From the NCBI GenBank assembly GCA_963664015.2, contig CAXXLF010000002.1, positions 160,001 through 224,000 on the forward strand: a stretch of 64,000 nucleotides of DNA. The letters run 5' to 3'. Within the stretch, counting starts at the first letter, position 1. Every line of letters starts with the position of its first letter. Shown here one piece after another: positions 9,420 through 20,663 of the stretch. Position numbers and translations under genes: made by a program. The notes beneath the pieces are model-generated. The model was not told the DNA's origin and made no database searches. It saw only the letters and a program-made list of their open reading frames with translations. Source of the stretch: Candidatus Binatia bacterium. Its GTDB lineage: Bacteria > Desulfobacterota > Binatia > UBA9968 > CAXXLF01.

Positions 9420-9446
9420 GCCTTTGTAGCCGCAGGCTACAAAGGC
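9420..9446. terminator. hairpin downstream of the Rieske gene (terminator or REP)
   Basis: GCCTTTGTAGCC-GCA-GGCTACAAAGGC, 12-bp perfect stem; no clear U tract. Confidence 0.45.
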
Positions 9447-9591
9447 GGAGTAAGCCGCCCGCACAATCTTTCCTTTACAATATCTCGGAGCTCTTGGATG
9501 GCCTGCCCAATAGATCTTAAAGGGGGGTGCTTTTATTTTAATTGTTGTCCAATGCCACAAATTCGGTTTGATCGTAACCGCCTCATGCCAA

Positions 9592-10911
9592 TTAACTGGT
9601 TAGTCCAACATCACTGGCTATTTCATCCTGCTCTTGATCCGGTTTTCCAGTCGAACCCACCACCATGGAACTGGAACCGTTGGCCTTCCGTGCCAGGCGC
9701 GAAGCCAATTTTCTCCATTGAATCAAGGCAATATCCGTATTGGAGAGATGTTCACCGTCCCGGTAGCGCTGGACTTCGATCTGGCGCCGGTCCTGCTTGA
9801 GAAACAGTTGGTGAACGTGCCGAAAATAGATGTTGTACCAAAGTTTCAGAGCCAAACGATGGATTGCGTTGCTTGGATGGGTCACCAGAAAATTCAGGTG
9901 TCGAGTCCGTTTCTCATCGATGGCGACCGGCCACCCCATATTGGATATGTGAATTCCACAGTAGACATCGCGGACCTTCACTATAATATTACCCGGCATA
10001 CGAATATCCCCTCCGGCCGTGGAGGACTCGCCGCTCAACTCTTTTCTCTTGTAGCGCCGCCGCACAACACGCCACCATAGATGAGCCGGGAATTTTCCAA
10101 CCCCTGGATAATCCGCTTGAAGGCCTCCCCCTATTCCGCGGACGTGCATTCCTCTTCCGTCGGGTAGAAGCTCCATATGAACCTTCCCCCAAGCGGGCAG
10201 CTTGTTGAATATCACTTCAACCGATTTTCGATGCACATAGGGGGCGTGAAGAATGTCGGGATAGTTCTCGACGACGGTGCGCCAATTACATGACCACTCG
10301 CTGAAGGTGAAGTGGGTCATGATCCCTGGCTCTTTAAGCTCCGGCGGAAGGTCGTCATCCAACGGCGGCGGTTCCCCTTCACCTATAAACGCCCAGATAA
10401 TCCCAAAACGTTCTTCCGTTGGATAGGACTTCACTCGCACATTTCCCGGAAGGTTCGATTCGGGACCTTCGACGATAGCAGCGACACATTCCCCCTTCTC
10501 ATCGTAGGTCCAGCCGTGGTACCCGCAACTCAGCGTGCCAGGGAAGAGGATGCGCCCGCGTGAAAGCATTGTACCACGGTGCGGGCAACGATCCGTCAAT
10601 GCGGCAACCTTGCCGCCCTTACCGGGGAACAGTACGATATCTTCGCCCAGAATCTTGACAGAAACTGGGCGGCGCCCCAACCGTTTAGCGTCAACCAAGG
10701 GGTACCAGTAATTGCGATACCCAAGCAGGGGCGCGTCGGGAATTGAAACTAGATCAGTCTCCACAGCTCCACTCTCCTCTCCTGTTGATGTTCCATCTAG
10801 GTCCTCCAGTACCTTGGCAGATTTAGAGTAACCGTATCCATTGATTTTATCCCGCGTTACCGTGCTTATGTCAAGAAGGGACTGATTTTGCCCCGCCAGC
10901 GGTTCTTGCAC
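9592..10911 (-). CDS. Rieske non-heme iron aromatic oxygenase, alpha subunit
   Basis: RCPHRG...CGYHGW Rieske motif; ENYPDILHAPYVH and a downstream Asp (QDR) for mononuclear Fe. Confidence 0.9.
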   Translation of the reverse strand: MQEPLAGQNQSLLDISTVTRDKINGYGYSKSAKVLEDLDGTSTGEESGAVETDLVSIPDAPLLGYRNYWYPLVDAKRLGRRPVSVKILGEDIVLFPGKGGKVAALTDRCPHRGTMLSRGRILFPGTLSCGYHGWTYDEKGECVAAIVEGPESNLPGNVRVKSYPTEERFGIIWAFIGEGEPPPLDDDLPPELKEPGIMTHFTFSEWSCNWRTVVENYPDILHAPYVHRKSVEVIFNKLPAWGKVHMELLPDGRGMHVRGIGGGLQADYPGVGKFPAHLWWRVVRRRYKRKELSGESSTAGGDIRMPGNIIVKVRDVYCGIHISNMGWPVAIDEKRTRHLNFLVTHPSNAIHRLALKLWYNIYFRHVHQLFLKQDRRQIEVQRYRDGEHLSNTDIALIQWRKLASRLARKANGSSSMVVGSTGKPDQEQDEIASDVGLTS

Positions 10912-11118
10912 CGCTACTGGCCGTCCTTTACAGTGAACAAGGGATTATCCTACTTGGGGCAGACGCACGGAGCATGTTGTTTGATCGGTTCTTCTGCCTG
11001 CCTACCGGAACTGTATGGCTAAGATAAGTTCCCCTGGATCCCGAACTCAGCGTCGACGACAAGGTGAATCCTTCGCATTGAAGAAAAGGTACTACATAGC
11101 TGACGGAGCAAATGGGTT

Positions 11119-11847
11119 ATGAGGGAATACGTCGTAGGTGATATCCATGGTTGTCTGAACGAATTGGAATATCTCATAGGGGCCCTTCCCCTCAAGTCCG
11201 AAGACCAGCTGGTATTTCTTGGGGATTATGTGGACCGAGGGCCCGATTCAAAAGGGGTTATCTCTTACCTGATTGAGCTACGCTCCAAGGCAAAGTTCGA
11301 ACTCGTGTTGTTGAAGGGCAACCACGAAGATATGCTGCTATCCTATATCGGGGTACAGGGGAACCATGGAGACGTATTTCTAGTCAATGGTGGATCGGCG
11401 ACTCTCGCGAGTTATGGGGTCAGTGAAAAAGGCGCTGGGGGGGATCTCTTCCGCTCAAAAATTCCCCTGGATCATCTTGATTTCTTCAAGGGTTTAAAGA
11501 GCTACCACATCATGGACTCTTACCTCTGTGTCCACGCGGGGATCAATCCGGTAAAGCCTCTGGGGGAGCAAAATGACGATGAAATGCTCTGGATTCGCCA
11601 CGACTTTATTAGCGCGGGGCACAGTCTTCCTTATACTGTGCTATTCGGCCATACTTCTTTTGATTCAGTCCTTTTCGACCTTCCTTTTAAGGTTGGTTTG
11701 GATACCGGGCTGGTTTACGGCAATACCTTGAGTTGTCTCGAGGTCTCGGAAAAACTCTTATTTCAGATCAAGAGAGGCAGCAAGCAGGTAAGCCAACTTG
11801 CGGTGAAGAGTCACTGGGGCCCAAAAGAGAGCACCCGTCCCGGTTGA
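11119..11847 (+). CDS. metallophosphoesterase (PphA-like Ser/Thr phosphatase)
   Basis: GDIHG, GDYVDRG, GNHE, HAG, GHT and DTG motifs. Confidence 0.9.
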   Translation: MREYVVGDIHGCLNELEYLIGALPLKSEDQLVFLGDYVDRGPDSKGVISYLIELRSKAKFELVLLKGNHEDMLLSYIGVQGNHGDVFLVNGGSATLASYGVSEKGAGGDLFRSKIPLDHLDFFKGLKSYHIMDSYLCVHAGINPVKPLGEQNDDEMLWIRHDFISAGHSLPYTVLFGHTSFDSVLFDLPFKVGLDTGLVYGNTLSCLEVSEKLLFQIKRGSKQVSQLAVKSHWGPKESTRPG

Positions 11848-11955
11848 TTCTTAAATCCTGTGTGATCCTTTTTTCTCTCCAAGGGATTCTTTACTTCACT
11901 AGAGATCCCGATAGTACAGAGAATTCATGACTCAGATATGCGGTGGAGGAATTTT

Positions 11956-13071
11956 ATGATTTTTGACTCTGATGCCCATGTAGAAGAAAATGCAGAGACC
12001 TTTGAGTCACTGGCACAAAGCGAGAAGTTTATCAAATCCATGCCACGGATCAGTGAAGGATCGGGGCGAGCATTCTGGTTAATCGAAGGGAAGGTCTTCC
12101 CCAAGCTCACCGTTAAGGGAGTGTTCACTTTCGGCACCCCTCACGGTCCGTCCGAGGGAAATCAGGCGGACAAAGCGAGAAGAACCTCACGGGGAAGCCA
12201 AGAATTAACCGACCCGGTGGCGCGGCTCGGGACTATGGATGAGGAAGGTATAAACGTTTCGGTCATCTTTCCAACCCTCTTCCTTACCTACCCGGTAGGT
12301 GAGAATCGTGCATTCCGTCACGCTCTATGTCGAAATTACAATACCTGGATGGCTCGACAGTGTCAGGCAAGTGGCGGCAGGCTCCGATGGGTTGCGGCCC
12401 TACCACTGCCCGATATTGAAGCGAGCGTTGAGGAAATTGACCATGCGAAGTAGCTCGGGGCAAGCGGCCTGCTTACCCTTGGGACTGCGGGAGACTTGCT
12501 CCTCGACGATCAGAGCTTGGATCCTTTTTATGCCGCCGCTGAACGGAAGAATCTTTCAGTTTGCGTCCACGTGGGTTGGGCGTATCCACCACTAACGGCC
12601 CTGTACGACAACGTCTTTCTCTCCCAATCTTCGGCCTTTGTTCTGCCGATTTTTATGGCCTTTGTCAGTATCATGGCCGGTGGCGTACTCGATCGCTTCC
12701 CCAGACTTAAGGTCGGCTTTTTCGAGGCGGGAGTCGAGTGGGTCCCATACTGGATTGACAAGATCGAGAGACTCCATCGCCAGCCTCCGGGAGGATTGGC
12801 GAATCGGGACCTGCCCGGTAAATACGCCCAGGAGTACGTTCAAGAGGGCCGCGTCTATTTTAGCTGCGAGCTGGACGAAAAACGGATCGCCGAGGTTGCT
12901 AGGGATATAGGTGACGAGTGCATCCTCTATGCGTCAGACATCCCCCACACGCACCGGGTCTTTGACGCCGTTGGCCTCTTCCGCAAGCGTACGGAAATTG
13001 CTGAGTCCACTAAGGAGAGAATCTTGGGAAAGAATGGGGCGAGATTCCTTGCCGAAGACGAGGCCCACTAA
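11956..13071 (+). pseudogene. amidohydrolase_2 family protein interrupted by one in-frame TAG
   Basis: DSDAHVEE start with GGAGGA RBS; the two ORFs are in the same frame, split by TAG at 12451-12453; VHVG, EAGVEW and ASDIPH motifs. Confidence 0.8.
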
Positions 13072-13074
13072 TCC

Positions 13075-13512
13075 TCAATCACCATGAGAGCCGGACGTTT
13101 TAATCAGCTCACCTTGGGCTAACTTTTCCACAAGGGCACCATCCCCATCCAAAAACTCCAAATTGCGTAGCTCGGGCGGCTCGACCCAACAGATGGCGTG
13201 GAAGGCCAGGTTGGCGGGTGTCCCTTGGTAGCGGTCCACCCGGTAAAATCTAACGAATACATCTAAGCCATTGGGATAAAGATGCCGTTGGCAGAAGACC
13301 TCAGTCGCTGAAAGAACGTTGATCCCTAACTCCTCATTCATCTCCCGCTGTAATGCGATTTCAGGTTGTTCACCTGCTTCCACCTTCCCTCCTGCAAACT
13401 CCCACTTTAGAGGGAAATTGCCGTCCTCCTTCTTTCTCTGGCAGACCAGCAGCCTTCCATCGTGATGAAGAATACCAGCCACCACCTGTAAGGGACTCTC
13501 CAGATTGGTCAC
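13075..13512 (-). CDS. NUDIX hydrolase (MutT/NudG-like)
   Basis: GGKVEAGEQPEIALQREMNEELG Nudix box; GTG start with AAGGAG RBS. Confidence 0.88.
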   Translation of the reverse strand: MTNLESPLQVVAGILHHDGRLLVCQRKKEDGNFPLKWEFAGGKVEAGEQPEIALQREMNEELGINVLSATEVFCQRHLYPNGLDVFVRFYRVDRYQGTPANLAFHAICWVEPPELRNLEFLDGDGALVEKLAQGELIKTSGSHGD

Positions 13513-13576
13513 GAATCGGATCTCCTTGTCGCTTGAATTCGAAATTACCCCCCCCAGCATTCTTAACGACGAAATC

Positions 13577-14425
13577 TCATAAGTTTTGCGAAGCGAGAAA
13601 TGCGCGGATCGCTTCACTCCAGCCCTCGGGCCCGATCTTGTCAGTCCTCTGAACAGTTGGGTACTCCCTCAGTAGGGTAGCATCCCACGTACCGTCCGGA
13701 TTTTTGACGACCACCGGGTAGTCTACATGGCTTAATAAGGAAATGTCGTTGCTCGAATTCCCCAAACCCAGGCTCAGTACGGTTGAACCGGTTTTACGGT
13801 ATAAATCCAGCAGGAGGTGTACCGCCCTACCCTTATCATGGCCCCCGGTGAGGTGGGCGAAACGGTCGCCCATGGTCACCTGATACCCTTGACTGCGTAG
13901 CCGAGCAAACAGCCCTTCACAGTCACCGGCCTCGACCACAAATGGCTCGTCGTATTCCCGGGCTGCCGCCAGTCGCGCTTCGGCTTTGCCCAGCCCCGTC
14001 AAGTGCCCGATTTCCTCCAAACTCATCGAACCGAAGGGTTTAATCCGGACCTGAGATTCACAGGCTGCGTTTTTCAGTGATATTCGTAATTGGGAAATGT
14101 TGCTTCCCAAAGAGATGACCTCCAATGAGTTGGTTTCTCTCGTCTCTTCAATGGCGAAGGGAAAATAGTCCTTGGAAAAGCATAGGGCACCGCCGTTTTC
14201 TATAATGAACGGGTCCGCGAGACCCAACTCCCGCCACAGAACAATCATTTCGCTTCGGGTTTGACTAGAACAAAGAATAAGCGGAATGTTCAGGACTTTG
14301 AGTCGCTCTATCGCACCTCGACTGGCTTCATAGCTGTAGGTTTGCTGATCCAGGAGGGTCCCGTCCAGATCAGTGATGACTATAATTTTCGTGGATCGGG
14401 CGGACCCGGTTGAAGTCCCAGTCAA
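13577..14425 (-). CDS. mannosyl/glucosyl-3-phosphoglycerate phosphatase (HAD-IIB, MpgP/GpgP)
   Basis: TDLDGTLLD, PFIIENGG, REYDEPF, DKG and GPEGW. Motif IV reads GNSSND and SSQT replaces the usual SSKT. Confidence 0.85.
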   Translation of the reverse strand: MTGTSTGSARSTKIIVITDLDGTLLDQQTYSYEASRGAIERLKVLNIPLILCSSQTRSEMIVLWRELGLADPFIIENGGALCFSKDYFPFAIEETRETNSLEVISLGSNISQLRISLKNAACESQVRIKPFGSMSLEEIGHLTGLGKAEARLAAAREYDEPFVVEAGDCEGLFARLRSQGYQVTMGDRFAHLTGGHDKGRAVHLLLDLYRKTGSTVLSLGLGNSSNDISLLSHVDYPVVVKNPDGTWDATLLREYPTVQRTDKIGPEGWSEAIRAFLASQNL

Positions 14426-16314
14426 GATACCGTTGCACTTTCAGAATCCAGGGGAGTTTTATGGGCTGCCTGATATTCCGGAAGGGTCACTATGGGAGGA
14501 CGTTCCAGGTCTCGTATCTCCCTTACCTCCAAGGAATAAGCCTTACGATTTGCTTTGACAAGCTTCATACTACGACTCACCTCCTCAATAAGTTCGATCC
14601 TATTTGTCTCCTGTAGCCTTTGAAGAAAGACCTGGATTAGGGCGAAGGACATCTGACTCAAGGCCGGCAGAGCCTGGTTCCGGTGAATTCGCTCTCCCAA
14701 GTCCACCTGGGCGATGCCGCGCTGGCCGAGTAAATTGTAGATGTCGATGAGGAGACCCGTCTCCACACCGTATCCAGTAAAGAACGGAACCCGTTCCAGA
14801 ATCTCTCGCCTCCCTCCGTATTCACCGGCCAGGGGTTGGACAATGCCAGAAAGCTCCGGATAAAAAAGGTTCAAGAAGGGGCGCGCCGTAAGTTCAGTAA
14901 CTCTGCCGCCGCCACTCGCCGAGATATTTCCTCCAACCCGAATGGGCCGCCGGTAAAATCCTTTGATGTATTGAATCTTTGGTTCTTTTAGTAGCGGTCC
15001 TACGAGACCGTAAACGAAGCCTGGATGAATATTTTTTATATCCGTATCGATCCAGACGATCAGATCTCCCTTTAGCACATGAAGACTCTTCCATAGAGCT
15101 TCCCCTTTCCCTCGATAGGAGCCATATTCGGGAAGGACCTCTGTATGCTTGAAGACCGGGATGCCCTCATCGGTTGCTATTTTAACCGTGTCGTCGGTCG
15201 AGTTCGAATCGATAAGAACGATCTCGTCCAAAAGGGGAAAATCGTCCATCAAACGGGACTTGATGGTGCGGATAATATTCCCGACGGTCTCTTCTTCGTT
15301 CAAGGCGGGCAACCCGAGACTAACAGTTAGCCCCTGTTTCTGTTTCAACTCTACCAGCTTCGAGATGCCGGCAAACTCCCGTGCACGGAATGAATTCTCA
15401 GCAAACCATTGATCTACTCTTTCGGACAGGGGTTTTTGAGGATCTGGCGGATGTTGCTTCCATGGCTGTAAGGACCGTGGGGTCTTGACGACGATTAGGG
15501 GCTTTTGCATCTGCTGTGCGACATGTTCGACCACCGTCCCCAGGAAAAATGCCTGAGGATCCATTTGTGCTCCGGCACCGAGAATTACCAGATCGTGGCG
15601 ATCGGCTTCCTCCATAATGGCCGCCTCGGGATCAGCCTGCACAGCTAAAAATCGTTTGATTTGTGGATGGAAACGCAGGCTGCTCAGAAAGTCCAGATAG
15701 GGTCGATCTTGGTACCTCGACTCACCTCCAGGCGGTTCACAGTGAAGCAATGTGAATTTTCCGTTGAGGACCCGAGCCAATTGGCTGGTTACCTCCAGTG
15801 CAAACTCCGCATGAGGCCCGCCCCGAACCGGAAGAAGAATGCTTCGGCAATTGAAGATATCGGGGGTGCGCACCACCAGGATCTTGCACGGGGGATGATC
15901 CAATAGCTTATCGATGGTGACCCCGAAAAGTTGTTCCTGGGATGAGGCGTATCCCTTCCAGAAAAGTAAAAGAAGATCACACCCTTCGCTCTGTACGGTT
16001 TCGACGATCCCTTCGGACACCTTTCGGGAGACACGAACAAGAGTCCGGAGTTCAATTCTTTCCTCGGGAAACTGCTCCTTTAGCTTATCCAGTGCCGCTC
16101 GATCGGTTGGGGCCTTTTCCGCCCCTTCGCTGAGGGAGTCCTCTTCGGGAACACAGACAACTTTTAAGCCTACGACCTTGCCGGTCGGAGGAAGCAAGGC
16201 AGCGGCAAGTTTCAAGGAGGACCCGGCCTGAGCGGGATCTAGGATCGGAATGAGAATCTTTTGTGCGACGGCCATAGCTGCTGCCAGCATAGATGCATCG
16301 TAAAGGAGTGTCAA
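14422..16314 (-). CDS. gpgS: glucosyl-3-phosphoglycerate synthase with two N-terminal universal stress protein domains
   Basis: N-half has KILIPI...FGVTIDKLL and SILLPVRGGPH...LGTVVE (USP); C-half has LPALNEE, GKGEALWKS, DTD, GGGRVTEL, QPLAGEY and GYGVETG. Start uncertain (16275-16314). Confidence 0.88.
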   Translation of the reverse strand: MTLLYDASMLAAAMAVAQKILIPILDPAQAGSSLKLAAALLPPTGKVVGLKVVCVPEEDSLSEGAEKAPTDRAALDKLKEQFPEERIELRTLVRVSRKVSEGIVETVQSEGCDLLLLFWKGYASSQEQLFGVTIDKLLDHPPCKILVVRTPDIFNCRSILLPVRGGPHAEFALEVTSQLARVLNGKFTLLHCEPPGGESRYQDRPYLDFLSSLRFHPQIKRFLAVQADPEAAIMEEADRHDLVILGAGAQMDPQAFFLGTVVEHVAQQMQKPLIVVKTPRSLQPWKQHPPDPQKPLSERVDQWFAENSFRAREFAGISKLVELKQKQGLTVSLGLPALNEEETVGNIIRTIKSRLMDDFPLLDEIVLIDSNSTDDTVKIATDEGIPVFKHTEVLPEYGSYRGKGEALWKSLHVLKGDLIVWIDTDIKNIHPGFVYGLVGPLLKEPKIQYIKGFYRRPIRVGGNISASGGGRVTELTARPFLNLFYPELSGIVQPLAGEYGGRREILERVPFFTGYGVETGLLIDIYNLLGQRGIAQVDLGERIHRNQALPALSQMSFALIQVFLQRLQETNRIELIEEVSRSMKLVKANRKAYSLEVREIRDLERPPIVTLPEYQAAHKTPLDSESATVS

Positions 16315-16496
16315 CGACTAGCTAAACTCTGCCTTCATAAATAAAATTCCGATATTGGTTATTAAAACTAGCGTTCCCTTGTTAGGTAATGGAGTTGGAA
16401 ACATTGAACCATGGCTAATGAAAGAACCACACTTTCAAAAACAATCACTAATTTTATTTAAGTGGCAATGTTGGAAGGCTCATTACCATGGGCTTG

Positions 16497-17766
16497 TCAG
16501 GAGGGAAGTTGTTTGCCAAAGCTAAAGAAACGATTGTTCATGTAAGGCTTGTTCTTCTCGAATATCTTTGCCTGCTCCTGATCCACAGATTCGACCTCAC
16601 CTGCATACATGTCCATTACTTGTTGGCAGTAGCTTTTTGTGCGTCCGAAGTGTAATGGGTAAAAATATTGACTAATGTACGTCTATTTCTTTCCCAAAGC
16701 TGATAAACACAGGCAAAATCATAAAGGATCTTGCTCCATAGATCCGTATCCAACTCCGCCTCCTCACTGTTGCTCCACTTGCGGTGAATGGTTTTTAGGC
16801 TTTCCCAGTTTTCGGCACTTAGGATCTCCTGATACATAGGCCGAAAATGATTAAAGCCATCGATAAATTCAGAATGCAGTTTGGATAGGCCCACAGAGAC
16901 AGCTATTAATTAAAGCTCCTCGTGTTTTAGGCCGTTGACGGGAACCGGTTGATGCGGATTGTCATGGCGCCACTGGTGGGCGTATCTTCCCATGAGGTAG
17001 AAGAGAGTGCTAATCAGCTGTTGGAACATAGGTCCCAAATCGGAACCTGGATCTTTAGCACCATGGATTTTCGTCCCAAGATAGGCCTGAACAACCTTAA
17101 ATCCCTCATTGATTGCTGAGGTCGTCATCCAGATGTCGATACCGAAGCGTGCGACGTCCGAGTCCCATACGTCCTCGTCCATATAGAAGGCAGCGAGCTC
17201 TGGCGAAAACCCGAAGTCACCACCGATGGGTTGCCGGATATCGACACCATATAGCGCGCGAGTCAGTTAGGATAGACGATCTGATTGGTGATAGTCCCGT
17301 CGAATTTATGCCTGCGACAATAGGGAGGGACGAAAGCGGCGGATCTGTCAAGAATCAGTTGTATCAAGGATTTTATCTACTCGGGAGTGATGCTGCTCAG
17401 GTCCGAATTCATCATAGCAGCGGCCTTCGCTTTTGAAAGGATGAGCAATTCAAACACCCCCCGTAGAGACGACCCCTTACCGGGAAGTCCCCGGTAGATC
17501 GTGACGCGCTTGAGAACCCCTTCCGGTGTGGGCGTTTCATAGACCCTCTCCCGTGTATCGTCCAGGGATCCCCCGGCACAGACAAATAAAGCACACTTCT
17601 GGTCTAGAAAATATTTCGCTAGACCGATGCCCGCCTGCTGGACCACATACTCGATACTGTCCTCGTTGTTAAAGCAAGGAATCTCTACCAGAATGTCCAC
17701 ATTGTCAATTTACCTTAACCATAGATGAACGTCCTCTCTCAGTGCCGATGAGTATTTTCTTGCCAT
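16497..17766 (-). pseudogene. glucosylglycerate synthase (Ggs)-like GT-A glycosyltransferase, multiply disrupted
   Basis: Fragments IPCFNNE, YRGLPGKGS, SITPE, IRQPIGGDFG, DVARFGIDIWMTT and AKDPGSDLGPMF; stops at 17710-17712 (TAA) and 17377-17379 (TAG), plus frameshifts. Confidence 0.8.
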
Positions 17767-17906
17767 TAAATTCCTCTGTTTAATAAACTATGGGCTTCGG
17801 GGGTCTTGCTTGCAGATAATAATTATATGAGAACATCTTTCCTGGTTTGTAGTAAGACCTAAGTGAAAACTATGACTCCAGATAGGAATCTGGTAAATCA
17901 ATCCCT

Positions 17907-19276
17907 ATGCGAGTGTTTATGATCGCTTCTGAGATCGCCCCATTAGCAAAGACGGGTGGTTTGGCAGATGCTGTCGCTGGACTTTCCCAAGCCCTGATAG
18001 CACTTGGGGTTAAGGTCTCTCTTGTCATGCCGGCCTACCAGGAAGGGCTTAGGGCGGGAGTCCCCTGTCAGCCAGCTGGGATTAAGATAGGAGTTGACAT
18101 GGGAGGCAAAACTAAACACGCTGGCGTTTGGGAGGCACGGCTGGGAGGGAATGTGCCAGTTTACCTAATCCGGGCGGACAATTATTTCCTAAGCGACGGG
18201 CTGTACGGTACGGGGTCCGGAGATTACCCGGATAATGCCGAACGGTTTATCTTTTTCAGTAAGGTCGCACACCAATTAGCGAGCAGGACGGGCCCCTGGG
18301 ACATCCTCCACTGCAACGACTGGCAGAGTGCTCTCGTGGCTGTTTAGCATAAACTAAACTCAGACCAGGACCAAGTACGCAAGGTTCTCCTCACTATCCA
18401 CAACCCAGCTTATCAAGGATCCTTCCCCGACAGCGATTGGAAGCTACTGGATTTGGAAGGCCGTTACTTCGATCCTAAATACCTGGAGTTTCTCGGCAGA
18501 ATCAATCTCCTCAAAGGCGGTATGCTCTTTGCAGACGGTTTGAGTACCGTGAGCAGGAGATACGCCGAGGAGATTCGGACGGCCGAATTTGCCTGTAGAT
18601 TGGAAGGTGTTCTTCAGACTCGGGAAAAGAACTTTTATGGCATCTTGAACGGCGCCGATTACACCCAATGGAATCCCCAGAGCGATCCGTATATTGTAGA
18701 GAATCACGGTCCCGACAATCTGGCGGAGAAAAAGAAATGCAAAAGGGATTTACAAGAGCTATTTGAACTACCCCAGGAACCCTCGACCCCGCTCGTAGGG
18801 ATGGTCGCCCGGCTCGATAAGCAGAAGGGGATCGACATTCTTCTCGATGTCCTGGACAAGATCGTAGATTTGGATATGCAACTGGTTCTCCTTGGGACCG
18901 GTGCGGCGGGCTATGAGAAAGCTCTTGCCGCCTTCAACGGCCGTGGCAAGAGAATTGGGGTCAAGATCGCGTTTGACAATAGCCTAGCCCATAAAATAGA
19001 AGCTAGTGCGGACATGTTCCTTATGCACTCTCTGTATGAACCCTATGGATTCAATCAGATCTACAGCCTCAAATACCGGACTATCCCGATTGTGCGGGCT
19101 CTGCCTTGCTGGATACGATCTAGAGAGCCCATACGGTCTACAGCAATCAACCGTCATGGGAGAAATTGGTGAGACGTGCCATGGCCTGTGACTTTTCTTG
19201 GAGCGATTCGGCCCGTGAGTACTTAAGTCTTTACCGTACTGTCTTGGGTAGTGGAAATGGTGAGCCCATTAGTTGA
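17907..19276 (+). pseudogene. glgA: glycogen synthase pseudogene
   Basis: KTGGLAD, HCNDWQ, GILNGAD, QKGID; in-frame TAG at 18345-18347; deletion/frameshift near 19100; eroded motifs (EPYG, YRT); C-terminal DFSW is in another frame. Confidence 0.88.
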
Positions 19277-19330
19277 TCCGTTTTATCTGTAATGGGAAAC
19301 ATGCTTGGAGAGTTCTTTTACCGTGACAAA

Positions 19331-20663
19331 TCAGCCTACCAATATAAGCCTCAGATCCATGACGTTGGTATAGGTCGGGTCTGTGAGTAGGAGGTCCCCA
19401 AGGCTTTGGAAAAAGTGATATGAATCATTCTGCTTGAGATAGTGGTCGGCGTCCAGGCGGGAGTCTTGCGCCCTTTGAATAGTTGAACCGTCAACTATCG
19501 CGCCGGCAGCATCGGTTGGACCGTCGGTCCCATCGGTCCCCCCACTCAAAAGGGCCACGGCGTTCAGACCCGCGATATCGATAGCTGCTGCCAACGCAAA
19601 CTCCTGATTTCGGCCCCCGACCCCTCCCCTTTAATCGTAACGGTGGTTTCGTCTCCAGAGATCACGCAGGCGGGTCTTGGAATTGGGTTGCCCGATGTCA
19701 GGATCTCTCTCGCGATGGCGGCATACACCCTGGCGACCTCTCGGGTTTCGCCTTGCACGGAACTGGACAGTATCAGAGTGTGGTAACCCAACTCCTCACC
19801 CTTGGCCCTTGCTGCGTCGAGTGCTATGAGGTTGCTTCCGATAATAACATTATGGGTTTGGCTAAATAATAGAGGATTCTCCGGCTCTTGTGTGGAGACC
19901 TGCTCTTCCCGGGCCTTCTTCTCCAAGAAGCTCAAGATGTTTTATGGTGTCTTTTTTTTCAGCTGGTATTTTTCCAGTATTTTCAGGCAATGGATAAAAC
20001 GGCTGGTATCGGGTACCGTTGGCCCGGATGCAATGGTCCCCATGTGGTCATCTACAACGTCGTACAGGATCAATGAGATCACAGGGGCAGGATAGGCGAT
20101 TTGCACCAAGCGGCCCCCTTTCAGTTGTGATAGATGTTTTCTCAAGCTATTCAGTTCATGGACGGAGGCACCGCATTTCAGAAGCAGTCCTGTGAGTGTT
20201 TGCTTGTCCTCCAGAGTCAGTCACTCAGCAGGACACGACATCAATGCAGATCCACCTCCGGAAATCAGGCAAAAGACCAGGTCATTTCCTGAAGCCCGTT
20301 CCAAGAGGTCCACGATTTGCGCCGTCCCCCGAACCCCCGCATCGTCCGGTACCGGATGGCCTGCTTAATTGATCTGGATCGTTTTCAGAGGTAAGCTATG
20401 CCCGTATTTGACATTAACGACACCGGATGTCACCTTGGCACCAAGGATGTCTTCGATCACTTGAGCCATCTTGGCGCAGGCTTTCCCCGCACCCACCACC
20501 ACAATTCGCTCATAACGCGAAAGATCATAAATCCGCCCCTGGACATTCAACCGGTTCCCTGAAGGCTGACGACTTTTTTTGTAGCAGCGAATGGATCTAC
20601 CGCATGGACGGCATTGTGAAAGATGGTCACTGCATGGGCGCGTAACTCTGCCAGGTTATTCAT
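19331..20663 (-). pseudogene. glycerate 2-kinase (MOFRL/TtuD family) pseudogene
   Basis: GAGKA, AGHPVPD, ISGGGSAL, RKHLSQLKGG, IASGPT, GTDGTDGPTDAAGA and TNVMD; stops at 20365-20367 (TAA) and 20221-20223 (TGA), plus several frameshifts. Confidence 0.88.

Noticed and set aside
11956-20663. Stop-codon recoding (pyrrolysine, selenocysteine or alternative code) to explain the in-frame stops
   Set aside because: The lesions include TAG, TAA and TGA plus frameshifts and a deletion, and intact genes end in all three stop codons; ordinary decay explains this.
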